From positions 1-64,000 of IMG/VR virus record IMGVR_UViG_3300048923_000295: a stretch of 64,000 nucleotides of DNA, one strand, 5' to 3'. The notes under the pieces are model-generated. The model did not search any database and was not told the DNA's origin. It worked only from the letters and a program-made list of their open reading frames with translations. Each line of letters starts with the position of its first letter. Positions within the stretch are counted from its first letter, which is position 1. The DNA comes from a virus. Lineage: Duplodnaviria > Caudoviricetes. Positions 45,223 to 54,173 of the stretch are shown in pieces. Both the position numbers and the translations under genes were made by a program.

Positions 45223-46203
45223 ATGCGCCCCGGGAAGCGGACGGCAATCCGCCCCCGGGACTTCGAGACACCTTCTACGGAGGTGCCCCGCGTGGGCGAT
45301 CGTACCTGCTCCGTCCCCGGCTGCGCCGGCAAGTACAAGGCCGCCGGGCTGTGCATCATGCACTACGAACGCAAGCGGAAGAACGGCACGACCGATCCGA
45401 AGCAACCGCCCGCCCCTCGCCGCATGGTCGAGGGGCGGCGCGTCTGCGCGGTCGAGACCTGTACCCGCAAGTACGGCGCCGCCGGCTACTGCCGCCGTCA
45501 CCACGAGCTTCTGCGAGACACCGGGTCGCTGACCGATCCGCGAGACGAAGGTCGGCGAGAGCCGCGGATCTTCGACGGCGTGCGTCGCTGCGAGTTCGAG
45601 TCCTGCGACGGGAAGTATCTCGCTAAGGGCTACTGCGCGAAGCACTACCAGCGGTCCGTCGATGGCAGACCGATGGAAGACCCCACCCCCCGAACACCCC
45701 AGGAGCGCCACGCAGCCCGGTTGGCAGCCGGGCGACGCTACTACGAGCGCAACAGGGAGTCCGAGCTCGCGAAGAACAGGGAATATAGGGCACGTAACCG
45801 TGAACGACTGAACGCCGCCTCTCTGGAGTGGCACAAACGCAACCCTGGACGGAACGCCGAGAACACGCGCAGGTGGCGCGAGGCCAATCCGGAGCGAGTC
45901 GCGCAACGCAACAGCGAATGGTACGCCCGCAACCCGGACTGGTCGCGCACTAAGTCTGGCCGCCGTCGAGCGATGAAGCTCGCGACACAGGTCGAGCCGG
46001 TCGACTACGCGGTCATCCTCGAACGGCACGGAATGCAGTGCCACATCTGTAAGGCCCCGATCGAGTCGAAGGCCGTGCTGCACTTCGATCACGTCGTTCC
46101 GCTTGTCCGGGGCGGCACGCACACCTACGACAACATCAAGCCAGCCCACTCTCGGTGCAACCTGAGCAAGCACGCGAAGCTGCTTCCCGCCGAAGCAGGG
46201 TGA
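45223..46203 (+). CDS. Free-standing HNH endonuclease with three Zn-finger repeats
   Basis: 3x C-x4-C-x9-C-xx-H; CHIC, DHVVPLVRGGTHTYDNIKPAHSRCNLSK. Confidence 0.88.
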   Translation: MRPGKRTAIRPRDFETPSTEVPRVGDRTCSVPGCAGKYKAAGLCIMHYERKRKNGTTDPKQPPAPRRMVEGRRVCAVETCTRKYGAAGYCRRHHELLRDTGSLTDPRDEGRREPRIFDGVRRCEFESCDGKYLAKGYCAKHYQRSVDGRPMEDPTPRTPQERHAARLAAGRRYYERNRESELAKNREYRARNRERLNAASLEWHKRNPGRNAENTRRWREANPERVAQRNSEWYARNPDWSRTKSGRRRAMKLATQVEPVDYAVILERHGMQCHICKAPIESKAVLHFDHVVPLVRGGTHTYDNIKPAHSRCNLSKHAKLLPAEAG

Positions 46204-46239
46204 CCGTCCGCCATTCCAACCCGCCGCATAGGAGCCCTC

Positions 46240-46482
46240 GTGGGATTCCCACCCGCACCCGGTGGCCGGCCGAAGCTCGCCAGCCTCGCGAAGCGCCGCC
46301 GTCGTCCCGCCGGCCCGCCGCAGCCCGATGGCGAACCCGACGAGGACGACACCACCCCGCCGGCTGACGGCCAGGCGCCCGTCCCGGATGACGACGAGGA
46401 CGACCAGCAGCAACCCCCGGGGCGCCCCGGTGCGTCCGCGCCCGCGATGCGGAAGAAGCGCCGGCCGCCGTTCGGCCGCTGA
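46240..46482 (+). CDS. Low-complexity small protein
   Basis: AGGAG RBS; PKLASLAK motif. Confidence 0.55.
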   Translation: MGFPPAPGGRPKLASLAKRRRRPAGPPQPDGEPDEDDTTPPADGQAPVPDDDEDDQQQPPGRPGASAPAMRKKRRPPFGR

Positions 46483-46495
46483 CGAAGGAGTCCCC

Positions 46496-46741
46496 GTGGC
46501 CCGCTACCGCTCCAGCCCCGTCGCGGTCGACGCCGTCCACTGGACCGGCACCAACCGCGGCGAAGTCGAGGAGCTCGCGGGCAACGCCGTGCAGGTCCAG
46601 CCGGACGGCGCGGCCATGTTCTGGGCGCCGGCAGGGTCGGTGTGGGCGCCGGCAGGGTCGTGGCTGGTCCTGCGCGGCGGCGGGTTCGAGGTGCTCGACG
46701 AGGCGGCGTTCGCGGCCCGCTACGAGCCCGCCGAGGACTGA
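46496..46741 (+). CDS. Small conserved phage protein
   Basis: AAGGAG RBS; YRSSPVAVDAVHWTG...FAARYEP. Confidence 0.65.
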   Translation: MARYRSSPVAVDAVHWTGTNRGEVEELAGNAVQVQPDGAAMFWAPAGSVWAPAGSWLVLRGGGFEVLDEAAFAARYEPAED

Positions 46742-47028
46742 CCCGGCCGATTGCTGCTGCTCTCGCGGGCGCTGTAGGTCTCCAACGCCTCCGTGAAATC
46801 GTCCGGGTCGTAGTCGCGGGCCTCGACGCCGGCTGCGTTCGCCCACACGTTCTCCAGGCCCTCGCCGAGCGCCAGGGCGTCGAGGATGCGGCGAGTGTCG
46901 CGTGCGGCGGCGCCGGCCTTCGGGTGCGCTTCGAGGAGCGCGGCGATCCGCTGGAGTTCCTCGGTGAGGCTGGTGCCTCCGAACGTGAGGTCGTACAGCT
47001 CGGGGTAGTTGTCGTGCAGCGCGCTCAC
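46720..47028 (-). CDS. Hypothetical protein (reverse cassette)
   Basis: Last gene of a coupled minus-strand four-gene unit. Confidence 0.55.
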   Translation of the reverse strand: MSALHDNYPELYDLTFGGTSLTEELQRIAALLEAHPKAGAAARDTRRILDALALGEGLENVWANAAGVEARDYDPDDFTEALETYSARESSSNRPGQSSAGS

Positions 47029-47339
47029 TGGTTCGCTTCCGTCGCGGCCCGGTTGACCTGATCTTCGATGGTCCGAATGACGCCTTCGATGTTGTTGCAC
47101 TGCCAGACGCCCGGCAGGTCGGTGTAGAGCTTGCCCACGGTGTACGAGATCGGGCCGTCTTCGGACCACTGGACGTCATCGATGACCAGCGTGTGGCGGA
47201 CCTCGGCGACGTCGACGAGTGTCACCCAGCCGTCGTCACCCCGGTGGAGTTTGACGGCGCGCGGCTCCAGCATCGTCGCCAGGGCGGGCAGTCCCCCCCC
47301 GATGCTCGTGGCGACCCGCTCGGCCTTCCCCTGGTTCAC
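47025..47339 (-). CDS. Hypothetical protein (reverse cassette)
   Basis: GGAGG RBS, coupled. Confidence 0.6.
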   Translation of the reverse strand: MNQGKAERVATSIGGGLPALATMLEPRAVKLHRGDDGWVTLVDVAEVRHTLVIDDVQWSEDGPISYTVGKLYTDLPGVWQCNNIEGVIRTIEDQVNRAATEANQ

Positions 47340-47575
47340 TTCGCCTCCTGTCCGCAGTGCCCGCAGGCACCGCCCTTGATCGGGCCCTGGTGTCCGCGGG
47401 CACAGTCGCGTTCCCAATCGGCCAGCGCCTTGCCAACCGCTCGACGGATCGCCGCCGAGACGGTGAACTCCTCGTCGTCCGCGCTGGACGCTACGGCGAT
47501 CCGCTTGAGACGCGCGAGGCCGTCGCCGCCCATCCGCAGGCTGATCTGTTCCCGGGCGGGTCGCCGGCTGCTCAT
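47336..47575 (-). CDS. Ribbon-helix-helix protein with C-terminal Cys/His
   Basis: EQISLRMGGDGLARLKRIA...TVSAAIRRAV; CARGH, CGHC. Confidence 0.6.
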   Translation of the reverse strand: MSSRRPAREQISLRMGGDGLARLKRIAVASSADDEEFTVSAAIRRAVGKALADWERDCARGHQGPIKGGACGHCGQEAK

Positions 47576-47853
47576 TCGGTCGGCTCTTCCCAGTCGTTGA
47601 TCGGCTCCCAGATCCCGCACTCGATCATCGCGAGCGCGTCGGAGATCGACACGGTGTCGTGCTGCGGCAGGTAGCCCCGCATTTCGGGCTGCCGCTCGAT
47701 GACGAGCCTCCCGGCCGGGTCGCAGCGTTCCAACGTGATCGTGCAGGCCGGGTCGCTGTCCTCGTAGCTGGCGCCCGGTAGTCCTCCTCGGTAGGTAAAC
47801 CGAGCCCCGGTGAAAAGAACCGGCTGTCTCGCAAAAGTTTTCACGTCACCCAT
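47572..47853 (-). CDS. Hypothetical protein (reverse cassette)
   Basis: First gene of the unit. Confidence 0.5.
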   Translation of the reverse strand: MGDVKTFARQPVLFTGARFTYRGGLPGASYEDSDPACTITLERCDPAGRLVIERQPEMRGYLPQHDTVSISDALAMIECGIWEPINDWEEPTE

Positions 47854-47889
47854 CGTATCCCACTGTCCGACACTTTCGGGAGGGCCCGC

Positions 47890-50286
47890 GTGCCTCTCCC
47901 CGATGGCAGCATCCCTTGGCCCCCACCCCACCTCGCCCGGCCGTTCGGCGAGATGGACCGGCTCGCCGCCTGGTGGGAAGGCGACCCGGAGAAGCTGTCC
48001 GCGGTCTACGGCGGCACCGCCGGCGGCACCACCCAGACCTCCCCGTCCAGCGAACGCTCATTCGAGCGGCCCGCGCAGTACCGCGGCGGTGTCGTCGGCG
48101 CCGTCGCCCGCTGGTTCTGGGGCCAGCCGACGAGCCCGCAGCAGCAGCGAACCAAAGTCCACGTCCCCCTCGCCAGCGAGATCGCCAGCGCCTCCGCCGA
48201 CCTCCTGTTCAGCCGGGCGATCACCGTCACCTGGGGCGACGAGGCCGCCCGCCGCGCAGACCGTGACGCGGCCGTCCAAGACGCCCAGGACCTCGCCGAC
48301 CAGCAGGCCGCCGACGACCACGCCGCGGCGATGGACGACGCCGGTGTCGACCCGGACGACCCGGCCCTGGCGAACCCGATCACCGGCGAGCCCCCGCAGC
48401 CGCCCAAGGCCGACCCCGTCGACGCCCCGGACGTCCCCCCGGACCCGGCGCAGCTCCGCTTCGACCAACTCCGCGAAGCCAGCATGCTCGACGCGACGCT
48501 TCTTGAGGCAGCCGAGATCGCCGCCGCCATGTCCGGCGTCTACCTGCGTCTGGTGTGGGACGAGGAACTCCAGGACGGCCCGTGGATCGACATCGTCCAC
48601 CCCGACAGCGCGGTGCCGGAGTGGCGCTACGGCCGCCTGTGGGCGGTGACGTTCTGGCGTGAGCTGGTGAGCTCGGACGAGTCCCAGAACCGCGGCAAGG
48701 TGATCCGCCATCTCGAACGGCACGAGCGCGGGCAGATCCTGCACGGCCTGTACGAGGGCGACCGGGACAACCTCGGACGCGCGATCCCCTTGTCCGAGGC
48801 GCCGGACCTTGAGGGGCTGGTCGAGTCCCTCGAAGACGGAAACAAGATCGCCACCGTTGAGGGGCGCCTGACCGCCTGCTACGTGCCGAACATGCGCCCC
48901 GCCCCGCAGTGGCGCCGCCTGCCGCAGCTCGCCCCCCTCGGCCGCTCCGACTACACCCCGCCCGTTCTGGCCCTCATGGACCAGTTGGACGAGGTGATGA
49001 CGAGCTGGATGCGCGACATCCGCCTCGGTAAGGCCCGGATCCAGGTGCCCGAGAGCTACCTGGAAACCCAGGGGCGCGGCAAAGGGGCGCTGTTCGACGA
49101 GGACCGTGAGGTCTACACGACGCTGGCGATGCTGCCAACGCCCGCCGGCCCGCCGCAGATCACGGCGACACAGTTCGCGATCCGCGTCGACGAGCACGAG
49201 CGGACCGCCCGGGCGTTGATGGACGCGATCGTCCGCGGCGCCGGCTACAGCTCGCAGACGTTCGGCAGCGACGCTGAAGGCGCCGGCGCGACGACCGCGA
49301 CCGAGATCAACGCCCGCGAAAAGCGCAGCGTCATGACCCGCGAGAAGAAGATCCGCTACTGGGACAACGCCCTGTCGGACCTCTTCTACACGTGGCTCCT
49401 CCTCGACGCCGCCCTCGCCGGCGTGAAGGCCGCACCGCCGGCCGCGGACACCGAACCGAAGCCCGGCCAGCCCCAGCCCGGCGATGCCCCGGCCGAGCCT
49501 GGGAAGGGCACGGGCACCGACGGGAAGAAGCCCGTCTTCGGGAAACAGGCCGAACCAGCGCCCGGCCCGCCCGGCACGAAGCCGACCCCCGGCGACGCGA
49601 AGACCCCGCCTGCGGGCAAGGGCAAGCCGTTCAGCCAGCAGGGCCAAGACGACACCGCCCAGCCCGCGGGGAAGCGCCGTCCGTTCGGCAAGGGCAAGGC
49701 GGGCGCTCCGCCGTTCGGGCAGAAGCCGGCCAGCGCCCAGCCCGGCGACGCGCAGGACGGCCAGACCCCAACCGGCGCTCCACCCGCACCAGCCGGCAAG
49801 GCCGGTGGCCGGTCGGGTCCGACGCTCGGCGCTCTCGCCCGCACCGCCCAGCAGCCCACCGACCCGAACGCCGATCCGCAGGCGGACGAGCAGGACCCGA
49901 ACGCCGCCCTCGACCCCAACGCCCCCGCAGCCCCGGTCATCCCCGACGGGCCGCCGGAGCTGTCCTGGCCGGCGCTCGCCGACGCCGACCAGCTGACCCT
50001 GGCACAGACCGCGCAGGCGATTTTCGCCGCCTCGGCCGCCAGCAAGTACACCTTGGTCAAACTCCTCCACCCCGACTGGGACGAGGACCAGATCCAGGAC
50101 GAACTCGCCCGCATGGACGAGGACACCAAGGCCGCGGCGCCGGCGCCCGACCCGATGTCCATGGGCGCCGAACAGCCCCTCGGCGGCGCTCCGTTCGGGC
50201 AGGACCCGATGGACGACGGCACGGGCAACCAGGGCGACTTCGGACAGGACGACGGCAGCGGCGACGGCGGGGTGCCCTTCCAGTGA
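47890..50286 (+). CDS. Portal protein (SPP1-like) with long low-complexity insertions
   Basis: KVHVPLASEIASASADLLF, YVPNMRP, LGRSDY, SWMRDIRLGKAR, TATEI. Confidence 0.9.
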   Translation: MPLPDGSIPWPPPHLARPFGEMDRLAAWWEGDPEKLSAVYGGTAGGTTQTSPSSERSFERPAQYRGGVVGAVARWFWGQPTSPQQQRTKVHVPLASEIASASADLLFSRAITVTWGDEAARRADRDAAVQDAQDLADQQAADDHAAAMDDAGVDPDDPALANPITGEPPQPPKADPVDAPDVPPDPAQLRFDQLREASMLDATLLEAAEIAAAMSGVYLRLVWDEELQDGPWIDIVHPDSAVPEWRYGRLWAVTFWRELVSSDESQNRGKVIRHLERHERGQILHGLYEGDRDNLGRAIPLSEAPDLEGLVESLEDGNKIATVEGRLTACYVPNMRPAPQWRRLPQLAPLGRSDYTPPVLALMDQLDEVMTSWMRDIRLGKARIQVPESYLETQGRGKGALFDEDREVYTTLAMLPTPAGPPQITATQFAIRVDEHERTARALMDAIVRGAGYSSQTFGSDAEGAGATTATEINAREKRSVMTREKKIRYWDNALSDLFYTWLLLDAALAGVKAAPPAADTEPKPGQPQPGDAPAEPGKGTGTDGKKPVFGKQAEPAPGPPGTKPTPGDAKTPPAGKGKPFSQQGQDDTAQPAGKRRPFGKGKAGAPPFGQKPASAQPGDAQDGQTPTGAPPAPAGKAGGRSGPTLGALARTAQQPTDPNADPQADEQDPNAALDPNAPAAPVIPDGPPELSWPALADADQLTLAQTAQAIFAASAASKYTLVKLLHPDWDEDQIQDELARMDEDTKAAAPAPDPMSMGAEQPLGGAPFGQDPMDDGTGNQGDFGQDDGSGDGGVPFQ

Positions 50287-50435
50287 GCACCCCGTCCCGG
50301 TCGCTCGGCTGGCACGTCATCAGCGGCGAAGACCTCCTCGCACTGCTCCGCCGGGCCGCTGCCGGTGAGGATCCTGACCTGCTCTACGCCGAGGCGTGGG
50401 CGAACGCCGACCACGAGCCGGTTGACGGCGACTGA
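50283..50435 (+). CDS. Small conserved actinophage protein
   Basis: WHVISGEDLLALLRRAAAGEDPDLLYAEAWAN. Confidence 0.55.
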   Translation: MSTPSRSLGWHVISGEDLLALLRRAAAGEDPDLLYAEAWANADHEPVDGD

Positions 50436-50450
50436 TCTTCTGGAGGCCCG

Positions 50451-51281
50451 GTGGCCTCCCGCGCCCGTCCGAAGCTCGGCGACCTCGCACGCAAGACCCG
50501 CACCTACAAACGCGACGGCCGCGGACGGTTCGCCCACACGGCCAGCTCAGGCCCGGACGCCTCCGCGATCGGCATCGGCCGCCGCCGCGAACCCGGCCGT
50601 CACCGCGCCGGACGCCCCCCGGCCGCGCACGAGGAAGCCGAGCGGCGCCTCCGCCAACGCTTCGGTGCGGACCGGATCCACGTCGCTGACCGCGACGATC
50701 CCGCCGTCCGCAAAGCCCTGGTCGACCTGGACCGGCTACCTGCCGACCATCAGGAGCGTCTCGCCCGCCACCTCTCCGGTGTCGACGGCGGGGGGATCCT
50801 CATCGGCCGGGGCATGGCCATGGACGTCTACCGGGCCCACGGCCGGCAGGACCTGATCGAGCGAGGCTGGGGGCAGCCGACAGCCCGCTCGGCGGTTGGC
50901 CTGTACCAGTACGGGCCGCGGGTCATCGCGATCGGCACTGTCGAAACCGGCTCACCATCAACCGCGCAGCACGAAGCCGGCCACGCCCTGGACCATGCGC
51001 TCGGGAATCCGTCGCAGAACCGCCGCTTCCCCGTCTGGCATGCCGTGTCCCGGGCGCGCCACTACGACCTGCTGTTCGACTACTTCGCGCAGGCGAACGG
51101 CGACGGCCAGCGGGAGACGTTCGCCGAGGGATATGCGCTGTGGAACGCCCACCGGGATGCCCCGGACCGGGCCCGTCGGATCGCTGAGGGGCTCGGCGCA
51201 CCGGTCGACAACCCGAAGCTCCGCGGCGAGTCCGAGAAGCTGGGCCGTACTCTCGGCGACTTCTTCGACACGCTCGTCTAG
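50451..51281 (+). CDS. Zincin metallopeptidase (lethal-factor-like) with RDxxGRF head motif
   Basis: QHEAGHALDH (HExxH), RETFAEGY; N-terminal YKRDGRGRFA. Confidence 0.75.
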   Translation: MASRARPKLGDLARKTRTYKRDGRGRFAHTASSGPDASAIGIGRRREPGRHRAGRPPAAHEEAERRLRQRFGADRIHVADRDDPAVRKALVDLDRLPADHQERLARHLSGVDGGGILIGRGMAMDVYRAHGRQDLIERGWGQPTARSAVGLYQYGPRVIAIGTVETGSPSTAQHEAGHALDHALGNPSQNRRFPVWHAVSRARHYDLLFDYFAQANGDGQRETFAEGYALWNAHRDAPDRARRIAEGLGAPVDNPKLRGESEKLGRTLGDFFDTLV

Positions 51282-51282
51282 G

Positions 51283-51450
51283 ATGCCGGCCATGCTCCCC
51301 ACGCGACTCCCTGACGGGAAGATCCGCACCATGAAGACCGTCGGCGGCGGCCCGACCAGCGGGCTGATCGGTGACGCGGTCGTCATCCTCAAGCCCGGTG
51401 ACGACGGTTACGCGAAGGTCGACGCCTGGCTCAAGTCCCGCGGCAAGTAG
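51283..51450 (+). CDS. Small protein downstream of the peptidase
   Basis: 55 aa, starts 1 nt after the stop. Confidence 0.5.
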   Translation: MPAMLPTRLPDGKIRTMKTVGGGPTSGLIGDAVVILKPGDDGYAKVDAWLKSRGK

Positions 51451-51465
51451 CACCCTGGGGGTCGT

Positions 51466-52623
51466 GTGGCCCCCACCCCGGACGACGCCTCCCACCTCGG
51501 CGAGCAGATCCGCCGGGCGTATGAGGACCTCGAGCTCGGCCTGGTCGCCCGCATCGCCCGCGCGCTCGGCGTCGGCCGCGGCACGTTGGGCTCGGCGCTC
51601 GGTAAACGTGGCGCGCTCCGCAGGGCCGTGCAGCGTCTCCTCGCCCGGCTGGCCGCACGCCTCCGTCGAGAGCTACCCAGGCTCGTCGAGGAGGCGTACC
51701 AGATCGGCGCCGACGAAGCGGCGCGCGAGCTCCGTCGCCTCCGCCGCCTCGACGAGGACCAGAGGCCCCGCCGGGAATCCCCGGGAGGCCGTGGCCGCGC
51801 GCTCCCGATCCGCCCGCCGCTGCGCTCCCCCCTACCCGGCCCGGCCCGTCGGGACGAGCTCGCCGAGCGGCTGATCCGCGAGTTTCACCCCCAGGTGCTA
51901 CGCGGCGTCGATGACGCGTTCCGCAGGATCGTCGCCGAGGTGTACGCCCCGGCGCTGGTCGAACCGGCGACGCGGCTGGAGGCGTCGCAGCGGGTCCTCG
52001 CCCGGTTCGCCGAGGAGGGCATCGTCGGGTTCACGGACCGTGCTGGCCGCAGATGGAGACCGGAATCCTACGCGGAGATGGCGATGCGGGCCGCGTTCGC
52101 GCGCGCCACGATCGCTGGGGCACTCGACCAGTACCGCGCGGACGGCATCGTCTGCGTCGCCGTGCCGAACATTCCGTACGAGTGCGAGAAGTGCCGACCC
52201 TTCGAGGGCAAGACGTTGTCGATCACCTCTGGGGCGAAACCGCCGCGCGGCGTGCGGGTGTTCACCTCCCTCGAGAACGCCATGGCGCGCGGCTTCCTCC
52301 ACCCGAACTGCCGGCATACCCTCCTGCCGGTCTCGTCGGCCGGTGTGGTCGCGGCGATGGAGCCGGCGGAGCCGGATCCCGAGGGCTACAAGGCGACGCA
52401 GCAGCAGCGCGCCCACGAACGCCGCATCCGCGCAGCCAAGCGCGCCCTGGTGGCCGCGCAGGAGTCCGGCGCCCCGCCCGCCGACGTCCGACGGGCCCGC
52501 GAGCGGGTGAGCCGGCAGCAGGCCGCGCTCCGCACGTTCCTGGCTGCCAACCCGCAGCTGCTGCGGTACAGCTCCCGCGAGCAGGTCCGCCGCGCCGGGG
52601 AAACGGTCGAACGCGCCGTCTAA
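51466..52623 (+). CDS. Phage minor capsid protein (MuF-related)
   Basis: FTDRAGRRWRPESYAEM, CEKCRPFEG, LHPNCRH, QQQRAHERRIR. Confidence 0.88.
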   Translation: MAPTPDDASHLGEQIRRAYEDLELGLVARIARALGVGRGTLGSALGKRGALRRAVQRLLARLAARLRRELPRLVEEAYQIGADEAARELRRLRRLDEDQRPRRESPGGRGRALPIRPPLRSPLPGPARRDELAERLIREFHPQVLRGVDDAFRRIVAEVYAPALVEPATRLEASQRVLARFAEEGIVGFTDRAGRRWRPESYAEMAMRAAFARATIAGALDQYRADGIVCVAVPNIPYECEKCRPFEGKTLSITSGAKPPRGVRVFTSLENAMARGFLHPNCRHTLLPVSSAGVVAAMEPAEPDPEGYKATQQQRAHERRIRAAKRALVAAQESGAPPADVRRARERVSRQQAALRTFLAANPQLLRYSSREQVRRAGETVERAV

Positions 52624-52648
52624 CGATCAACGACGAGAGGTAGTCACC

Positions 52649-52873
52649 ATGGCCGACACGGACCTCGACGAGGCGCTCAACCGATTCCGCTTCCACCCGG
52701 CGGGGACCGTCGAGCGGCAGCGGGCGCATGAGGACGTGCGGAACGTCTGCGCCGGGGCGCTGCGCGACCTGTGGGTGTTGGTCCCGGCGTCGCCGGAGCG
52801 GGATCGGATGGTCGATGCGCTCGACGGCGTGTGCATGCTGGCGAACGCCGCGGTCGCGCGTCACGGGAAGTAG
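52649..52873 (+). CDS. Acb2/Tad1-like helical-hairpin protein (candidate nucleotide sponge)
   Basis: NRFRFHP, HEDVR, PASPERDRMVDALDGVCMLANAAVAR pattern. Confidence 0.55.
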   Translation: MADTDLDEALNRFRFHPAGTVERQRAHEDVRNVCAGALRDLWVLVPASPERDRMVDALDGVCMLANAAVARHGK

Positions 52874-52876
52874 ATC

Positions 52877-53224
52877 ATGGCCGGCGGTGGGATGCGGGTT
52901 CGGGCGGACTGGCGCGGCAGCCGGATTCTCGCCCGGATCCCGATCGTTCGCCGCCGGGCGTTGCAGCGGGCTGGGCATATGTGGCTGGCCCGGTCGCAGG
53001 CGATCGTGCCGCTGCGTGAGGGGCATCTGCTGCGCACCGGCAAGATGACGTTGGCTGATCGCAGTGTGACTGTTGCGTTCGGGACGCCATACGGCGCCCG
53101 TCAACACGAAGAGCTATCTTACCGTCACCTTCCGGGGCGGCAGGCGAAGTACATCACGGACGCGGTTCCCCCCGGCGCCCTACAGGCCGCTCTCGCCGAG
53201 GCTTTCCGCGAACTCTTCCGCTGA
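52877..53224 (+). CDS. Minor capsid / HK97 gp10-like protein
   Basis: VPLREGHLLRTG, FGTPYGARQHEELSYRHLPGRQAKY. Confidence 0.75.
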   Translation: MAGGGMRVRADWRGSRILARIPIVRRRALQRAGHMWLARSQAIVPLREGHLLRTGKMTLADRSVTVAFGTPYGARQHEELSYRHLPGRQAKYITDAVPPGALQAALAEAFRELFR

Positions 53225-53240
53225 CCATCTGGAGGCCATC

Positions 53241-53333
53241 ATGCGCGCCGACGTGAACGCCCTGCTCGCCGCCCTCGCCGCCCTCGTCATCATCATCGTC
53301 GGCGTCGTCTGGCTCATCCAGCAGGCCCACTGA
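53241..53333 (+). CDS. 30-aa membrane peptide
   Basis: GGAGG RBS; single TM. Confidence 0.45.
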   Translation: MRADVNALLAALAALVIIIVGVVWLIQQAH

Positions 53334-54142
53334 TGGCCCGCCGCCCCGTCTCCGCCGCTGCCCGCGCGGCGATCGCCGCCGGGTTGCGCCACTACTGGGA
53401 GACCCACGGCGGCGGCAACGGCAGATCGGCGCGCAGCGGGAGCGGCCGGGCCCGCTCCGGCTCCGTCCGCCTCGGCCCGCTCCGCGTAGGCGTAGGAGTC
53501 CGCGAGCGCGGCGCCGCACCGCAGGGCAGCCTGAACACGGCCGCGCACGCCTACCGGCAGCACCGCGCCGCCCAACGGCAGCGCGCCCTCGGCTCCGGCC
53601 TCGGTGACGGCGAGGTCGACCGGGCACGCGCCCAAGCCCGCGCAGGACGTGAGGCAGAGGCGGCCGCGCGGGACGAGCGGATGGCCCAGCGCCACCGCCG
53701 GCTCATGTCGCGCGGCCAGCAGTCCTCCCCCGAGCTGCGCGCCGCGCACCAGCGTCACCAGGCCAGGCAGCGTGAGCAGCGTGCGGCTCAGAGGGAGTTC
53801 GACCAGTACCGCCGGCCGAACCCAGGTGAGCAGCGCCGTGCCCAGCCCGCCCGGCGCCGCGCACCGTCCGGAGGTCAGCGGCGTACTTCGCAGCCGGGTC
53901 AGCGGCGGACATCCCCACGGCCACCACCCGACCAACCCCGACCGCAGCCGCAGCGTCGCCGCCAACCGAACGGCGACCTCCGCGACCGCATGGGCGCCGC
54001 CTCACGGGAATTGCATGCAGCCCGCCGAGACGAGCAGATGGCTCAGAGGCACCGCCGGCTCCTCCGGCAGGGCCGGCAGTCGACACCCGAGCTGGAAGCG
54101 GCCGCGCGCCGGCACGCGGCCCGGCAGCGCCGGCCACGCTGA
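53333..54142 (+). CDS. Arg/Gln-rich protein with internal repeats
   Basis: DE[RQ]MAQRHRRL twice; GQRRTS twice. Confidence 0.6.
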   Translation: MARRPVSAAARAAIAAGLRHYWETHGGGNGRSARSGSGRARSGSVRLGPLRVGVGVRERGAAPQGSLNTAAHAYRQHRAAQRQRALGSGLGDGEVDRARAQARAGREAEAAARDERMAQRHRRLMSRGQQSSPELRAAHQRHQARQREQRAAQREFDQYRRPNPGEQRRAQPARRRAPSGGQRRTSQPGQRRTSPRPPPDQPRPQPQRRRQPNGDLRDRMGAASRELHAARRDEQMAQRHRRLLRQGRQSTPELEAAARRHAARQRRPR

Positions 54143-54173
54143 CGCGCTTCGGCGCCCCGACCGCGAGGGGGTG

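Noticed and set aside
52192-52215. Possible self-target of unit 2: TTxGAxGGxAAxAC matches TTCGAGGGCAAGACG in the minor capsid gene
   Set aside because: Only 5 of 12 dinucleotides match exactly, which is plausible by chance in 64 kb with several guides. My search was by eye and not exhaustive.
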